In this document: piece by piece, positions 59,665 through 64,000 of the stretch
How positions within the stretch are numbered: the stretch's first letter is position 1
How the letters are laid out: every line of letters begins with the position of its first letter
From: an uncultured delta proteobacterium
GTDB lineage: Bacteria; Myxococcota_A; Polyangia; Polyangiales; Polyangiaceae
Direction of reading: 5' to 3'
Length of the DNA stretch: 64,000 bases
Assembly: GCA_963806225.1 (NCBI GenBank)
Contig: CAWDXG010000004.1
Location: 2,336,001 to 2,400,000, forward strand
Translations under genes and position numbers: made by a program
The notes under the pieces: generated by a model
Told to the model about the DNA's origin: nothing
Database searches by the model: none
What the model saw: only the letters and a program-made list of their open reading frames with translations

Positions 59665-60096
59665 ATGCCGAACCCCGTCGAATCACTCTCTGCTGCACTC
59701 GAGCTCGGCACGCTGCTGGAGTTGGTGCGGCAGCGCCACGGCGGGTACGAGCTGCTCGAGCACTGGAAGCAGGGCGAGTTCCACCACGACATTGTCCTGC
59801 GCGTCAGCGAGCGGCGGGATCTGCCTGGCGGCGTGCTGGTTGTCAGCACCAACTGCAACGGCGGCGTGAAGGAAATCGCCTGTTTCGCCGAACCGCCCAG
59901 CCACGACGCCCTGTGGCACGAGCGCTGCCCCGATATCGCCGACTTCAGCGGCGAGCCGCCGCCCGTGCTGGCCAGCGCGCGCACTCCGCACTGGTTCGAT
60001 CCCGCCGAGCTGCTCACCGCCGAGGCCCGCAGCGAAATCCGCCCGGAGTTCCGTCAGCGCCAACGCGGCGGCGGCTGGGAACGGATCCCGGACTAG
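59665..60096 (+). CDS. Hypothetical protein
   Basis: Protein-like ORF with HWKQGEFHHD and STNCNGGVKE; no family recognised. Confidence 0.7.
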   Translation: MPNPVESLSAALELGTLLELVRQRHGGYELLEHWKQGEFHHDIVLRVSERRDLPGGVLVVSTNCNGGVKEIACFAEPPSHDALWHERCPDIADFSGEPPPVLASARTPHWFDPAELLTAEARSEIRPEFRQRQRGGGWERIPD

Positions 60097-60189
60097 GCGA
60101 AGCGCTGCTCGCGGCGCCGGCTGCCTGGCAGGCCGGAGAAACGCACTCGTCGACGACATCGCGTCCACGATCGCCTAGGCTCGGGGGCC

Positions 60190-61866
60190 ATGTGGCTCAC
60201 CAGGCTCTGTCGTGACGACCGACGGCGTGCGTTGCGGACGGAGAGCGGGCGATTCTGCGCGGCGACGACGGCTTTCTGTGCGGTCCTGGGGTGCGGCGCG
60301 GTTGCGCGCGCGCAGCAGGCACCGGCGGCCGCCGCCGCCAACCCGCCTCCGCCCACCGTCAAAAGCGCGCCCGCGGCGCCCCCCTCCACCGGCACGAAGC
60401 TACCCGCCGACGCGCCCGCGGCGAAGACACCGCCTGCCGACAGCTACCAGCCCCTGCTCTCGTTCCAGCATTGGGGATGGCGGCTGCAGATCCCGGTGCG
60501 GCTCGCGGGGCGCGCCGAGGGCGTGAGCTCGTTCCCGGTGGACGCGCAGGGGCACGATTTCCAGTCGGGCGTGGCGCTGTCACCGCTGGTGCGCCTCGGC
60601 GCGAAGTTGGCGACGGTGAAGCCGATCGCGAAGCACCTGATCATCTCCGGCGAGTACGAACAGGATCTGCCGACGGGCACCTGGACCAGCCAGACCCCGG
60701 TCGCCGGCGAGGGTATGCCGAACTCGGATCCGCTCGACACACAGCTCCGCAAGGGCTGGGGGCTCTTGGCCATCGGACGCTACTTCCACGTCGGCGGCGG
60801 CTTCATGACCAGCCACTGGGGCATGGGGCTGGTGGCGAACGACGGCGAGCACGGCTGGGAGCCGCACACTGTCGAGTTCACCGACCCGCGCAACGGCGAT
60901 CTCGTGCTGCGCGGCTTTGCGGGCACGGGGCCGCTGACGGACGCGCACATCACGGCCACGGTGGCCATCGACAAAGTACGCAAGGACGACGTGCTGCTCG
61001 CCGGCGACAAGGCGCACGAGTACATCGCGTCGATGCTCGTCGGCGAAGGGCTGCCGGCACAGGGCGGCTTCTTCATCGTGCGCCGGCACCAGACCACCGC
61101 CGACGGCCGCACACTGGACGTGACCGTGGTCGACCCCGCCGCCCGCGTCGCGATCGAGCTCGCCAAGGCGAAGCTCACGCTGGAGGCGGAGGGCGCGCTC
61201 GTCTCTGGCCACACCACGCTCGCTGCCACGCCGGAAATCCCAGTCGACAACGTGCACCAGCTCGGTGGCGCGCTGCGCGCGGCGCTCGCCTTCAAGCACG
61301 CCGGTGGCGTGCTCGATCTGGTCTATGCCTCGGGCGACCAGAACATCCACGACAAGGACCTGCGCGGCTTCCACGTCGATCCCGGGTTCGAGACCGGCCT
61401 GCTCCTGTTCCGCTACGTGCAGGCTGCCCAGACAGGCCGGGGCTACGGCAATGCGGCGGATCCAACGCTGGTCGGCGCGCCCCCGGCAGGGATCGAGCGG
61501 CTGCCGACGCGCGGCGGCCTGACCGACGCGGCCGCGCTCTTCCCGCGCCTGTGGGTGCAGCCGCTGCGCGGCCTGGAGACCTACGGCGGCGTGCTGTTCG
61601 CGTTCGCGCCCGCGAAGAACGTCGATCCATTCGCCACCGATCTGGCCGGCGGCACGCAGAAGAACGCGCTCGGCGGCGATCCGGGGTCGTACTGGGGCAC
61701 GGAGTTCGACCTGGGCGTACGCTATTGCCTGTACTTCCACCACACCGAGCTCTCGGCCGGCGCCGAGGGCGGTGTGCTCGCTCCGGGCTCGGCCCTGCGC
61801 GACGCCGCCGGCAAGAACCCGCCCCCCGTCTACGGCGGGCGGCTGCTTCTAGGCTACCGGCTGTAA
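60190..61866 (+). CDS. Outer-membrane beta-barrel (alginate-export-like porin)
   Basis: Signal peptide ending ARA-QQ, SHWGMGLVANDG, YASGD, GTEFDLGVRY, C-terminal LGYRL. Confidence 0.72.
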   Translation: MWLTRLCRDDRRRALRTESGRFCAATTAFCAVLGCGAVARAQQAPAAAAANPPPPTVKSAPAAPPSTGTKLPADAPAAKTPPADSYQPLLSFQHWGWRLQIPVRLAGRAEGVSSFPVDAQGHDFQSGVALSPLVRLGAKLATVKPIAKHLIISGEYEQDLPTGTWTSQTPVAGEGMPNSDPLDTQLRKGWGLLAIGRYFHVGGGFMTSHWGMGLVANDGEHGWEPHTVEFTDPRNGDLVLRGFAGTGPLTDAHITATVAIDKVRKDDVLLAGDKAHEYIASMLVGEGLPAQGGFFIVRRHQTTADGRTLDVTVVDPAARVAIELAKAKLTLEAEGALVSGHTTLAATPEIPVDNVHQLGGALRAALAFKHAGGVLDLVYASGDQNIHDKDLRGFHVDPGFETGLLLFRYVQAAQTGRGYGNAADPTLVGAPPAGIERLPTRGGLTDAAALFPRLWVQPLRGLETYGGVLFAFAPAKNVDPFATDLAGGTQKNALGGDPGSYWGTEFDLGVRYCLYFHHTELSAGAEGGVLAPGSALRDAAGKNPPPVYGGRLLLGYRL

Positions 61867-61879
61867 CGAGGAGATCGCG

Positions 61880-64000
61880 ATGCCTTTGAAGATGCTCCCC
61901 CGCTTCGTGCTCTTCGCACTGCTCGCCGGCACGGCGCTCGGCTGCACCACCAGCTCGCCGACGGTGCTCGGCAGCGCTCCGCCCGGCAACGGCCCGATGG
62001 TCCGCTTCGACGTGTTCCACAAGCCGTTTCCCGAGATCCCGCTGCCGAACGACTTCGCCACCCGCTACGACGCGACCTCACCCACCGGGCGCCGCCTGAA
62101 CGCCAGCATCCTCGCGGCGCGCACCAGGTGGGAACAGGCGACGCGAGCGGAGCTCGACAAGCTGTCCGGCTGGGGAACGCTCGCACCCATCACGGTGAGC
62201 TTCACCCAGCCGATCGATCCCCAGGTGATCCTCGACCGCCACTACAAGGACAACTTCGACTACCAGGACGACGCCGTGCTGGTGATCGACGTGACGCCCG
62301 GCTCGCCCGGCTACTGCGAGGCAGTGCCACTCGATCTGGGACAGGGCAACTACCCGCAGGTGCTCGCCGAGCCCGTCGTCTACGACTCCGATCCGCGCGC
62401 CAACCTGCAGACGCTCACCGTCGAGGAGACCGAGGAGGACACGAACGGAAACGGCAAGCTGGATCCGGGCGAGGACACCGACATGGACGGCGTGCTCGAC
62501 CATCCCGACACGCTCGACGGCAAGCCCGGTTCGCCGCGCCTCGAGTTCTACGAGCGCGAGACCAACACGCTCACGATGAAACCGGTCATGCCGATGCGCG
62601 AAGCAACGACCTACGCGGTCGTGCTGACCCGGCGGCTGACCTCACCCTCCGGCAGTCCGGTGCGCTCGCCGTTTGCGGGCATCAACCACGCCGCGCAGAC
62701 GGACGAGCTCAGGCCGCTCGGCGCGTGCCTGCCGCGCTACGGCCTGGGGATGAAGGACGTGGCCTTCACCTGGGCCTTCACCACGCAGAGCCTCACCCAC
62801 GACTACCGCCTGGTGCGCGACGGGCTGTACGGCATCGGCCCGCTGAAGGCGACGTTGCGGGAGTTCCCGGCCACGCTCTCGCGCCTCGACGACGTGATCG
62901 ACAAGGGGCCCGGCGTGGCCAGCACGAAGGTCGTGCCGGAGAGCAAGTTCACTCCGCTCGCGGTCAAGCTCTTGAAGCTCACTGGCTCGTCGGACGCGGA
63001 GATCCAGGGCTTCCAGGCCACCATGCAGAGCGTCGACTTCATCGTGGCCGGCGCGATCAAGTCGCCGCAGTACTTCCCGCGGAAGGACGCCAGCGGCAAC
63101 ATGCTGCCGCTCTACCGCCAGGTGTGGAACCTGCACAAGGCGCCGCGCGGCGAAGACGTGCCGTTCTGGATGTTCGTGCCGAAGAACCGGCAGGGCCCTG
63201 CGCCGGTGGCGATTTTCATCCACGGCCACGGCGGCAGCAAATTCGACGCGCTGCCCTTCGCGGGCATCCTCGCCAGCTACGGCATCGCCACGATGGGCAT
63301 CGACGCCCCGAGCCACGGCGTCGGGCTACCGTCGACGGAGCTCGCGATCGTGAAGGGCTCTTTCAAGGACGCGGGCCTGGAAGGGCTCGGCACCTCGCTC
63401 CTGACAGGGCGCGCCATCGACTGGACGGGCGACGGCAATGTCGACTCCGGCGACGACTTCTGGACAGCCTACGTATTCCACACGCGCGACATGGTGCGGC
63501 AGACGGTCGTCGACGTGATGCAGCTGGTGCGCACGCTGCGCACCTTCGACGGCGCAACGCACTGGGCCTTCGACCCCGGGAACAAGGGCACGCCCGGGCT
63601 CGCCGGCGACTTCGACGGCGACGGCAAGGTCGATGTCGGCGGCACGGCACCGCTGCACGTGATGGGCGGCTCGCTCGGCGGCATCGTGGGCGCGACCATC
63701 GCGGGCCTCGAACCCGCGATCGACAGCGCCATCGCGATCGTGCCGGGCGGCATGCTGAGCGAGATCGGCAAGCGCTCGACGCTGGGCGGCGTCAAGGACG
63801 CGATGGTGCTGCGCGCTCTCGGGCCGCTGTTCTTCGCGGACAAGGGCTCGCTGAAGCTACGCGCCAACAACGGCCAGACCAGCGACGTGACGCTCACGAT
63901 CCACGATCTTCCCACGCTCGCGCCGCGCGACACGGTTGTCTTGACCAACCGCACGACGGGGGAGTACCGCTGCGCCGCGGTGCAGCAGTCGGGGACATTC
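61880..64000 (+). CDS. Large alpha/beta-hydrolase lipoprotein (lipase-like; runs off window)
   Basis: GAGGAG RBS, MPLKMLPRFVLFALLAGTALGC, EIPLPND, DTNGNG and DTDMDG loops, IHGHGG, IDAPSHG, in-frame GGSLGG near 63665; no stop seen before the window end. Confidence 0.85.
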   Translation, partial: MPLKMLPRFVLFALLAGTALGCTTSSPTVLGSAPPGNGPMVRFDVFHKPFPEIPLPNDFATRYDATSPTGRRLNASILAARTRWEQATRAELDKLSGWGTLAPITVSFTQPIDPQVILDRHYKDNFDYQDDAVLVIDVTPGSPGYCEAVPLDLGQGNYPQVLAEPVVYDSDPRANLQTLTVEETEEDTNGNGKLDPGEDTDMDGVLDHPDTLDGKPGSPRLEFYERETNTLTMKPVMPMREATTYAVVLTRRLTSPSGSPVRSPFAGINHAAQTDELRPLGACLPRYGLGMKDVAFTWAFTTQSLTHDYRLVRDGLYGIGPLKATLREFPATLSRLDDVIDKGPGVASTKVVPESKFTPLAVKLLKLTGSSDAEIQGFQATMQSVDFIVAGAIKSPQYFPRKDASGNMLPLYRQVWNLHKAPRGEDVPFWMFVPKNRQGPAPVAIFIHGHGGSKFDALPFAGILASYGIATMGIDAPSHGVGLPSTELAIVKGSFKDAGLEGLGTSLLTGRAIDWTGDGNVDSGDDFWTAYVFHTRDMVRQTVVDVMQLVRTLRTFDGATHWAFDPGNKGTPGLAGDFDGDGKVDVGGTAPLHVMGGSLGGIVGATIAGLEPAIDSAIAIVPGGMLSEIGKRSTLGGVKDAMVLRALGPLFFADKGSLKLRANNGQTSDVTLTIHDLPTLAPRDTVVLTNRTTGEYRCAAVQQSGTF

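Noticed and set aside
62078..63954. Several minus-strand ORFs at the right end
   Set aside because: Shadows of the plus-strand lipase, which the ORF track omits because it has no stop in the window.

Overview
High-GC window whose gene content (Gly/Cys-rich lipoproteins, VWA, FG-GAP and alpha-2-macroglobulin genes) suggests a myxobacterium of the Polyangiales type; this is inference only. Left part: TetR regulator with twin operators in front of a GST-GST-metallo-beta-lactamase-fold operon, a GreA-like factor, a chimeric kinase fragment, a glutamate-cysteine ligase/CBS protein, a DUF3142-like pair, a repeat-containing beta-barrel, a heavily frameshifted alpha-2-macroglobulin and a secreted lipase. 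Next come a degenerate EF-Tu G-domain/Zn-ribbon gene with a Zn-ribbon/TM/Cys-repeat neighbour. Middle: APC permease, sulfatase-fold, VWA, DksA-like, DUF3079-like and FG-GAP genes (the last flanked by a 150-bp direct repeat), a MenAT1-like toxin-antitoxin pair, an SNF2 helicase and a lipoprotein gene put out of frame by a (TG)8 tract. Right part: a group 1 [NiFe]-hydrogenase/hyp operon (minus strand) divergent from a complete V/A-type ATPase operon (plus strand), then esterase, porin and lipase genes. Top candidates for something new: (1) a stand-alone crotonase inside the hyp operon carrying a HypX-like Tyr/Glu motif; (2) the EF-Tu-derived pseudo-GTPase module; (3) the possible TG phase switch; (4) the hydrogenase plus V-ATPase energy island. 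No rRNA, tRNA, CRISPR array or transposase was recognised. All family assignments are by motif recognition from memory; no database was searched.
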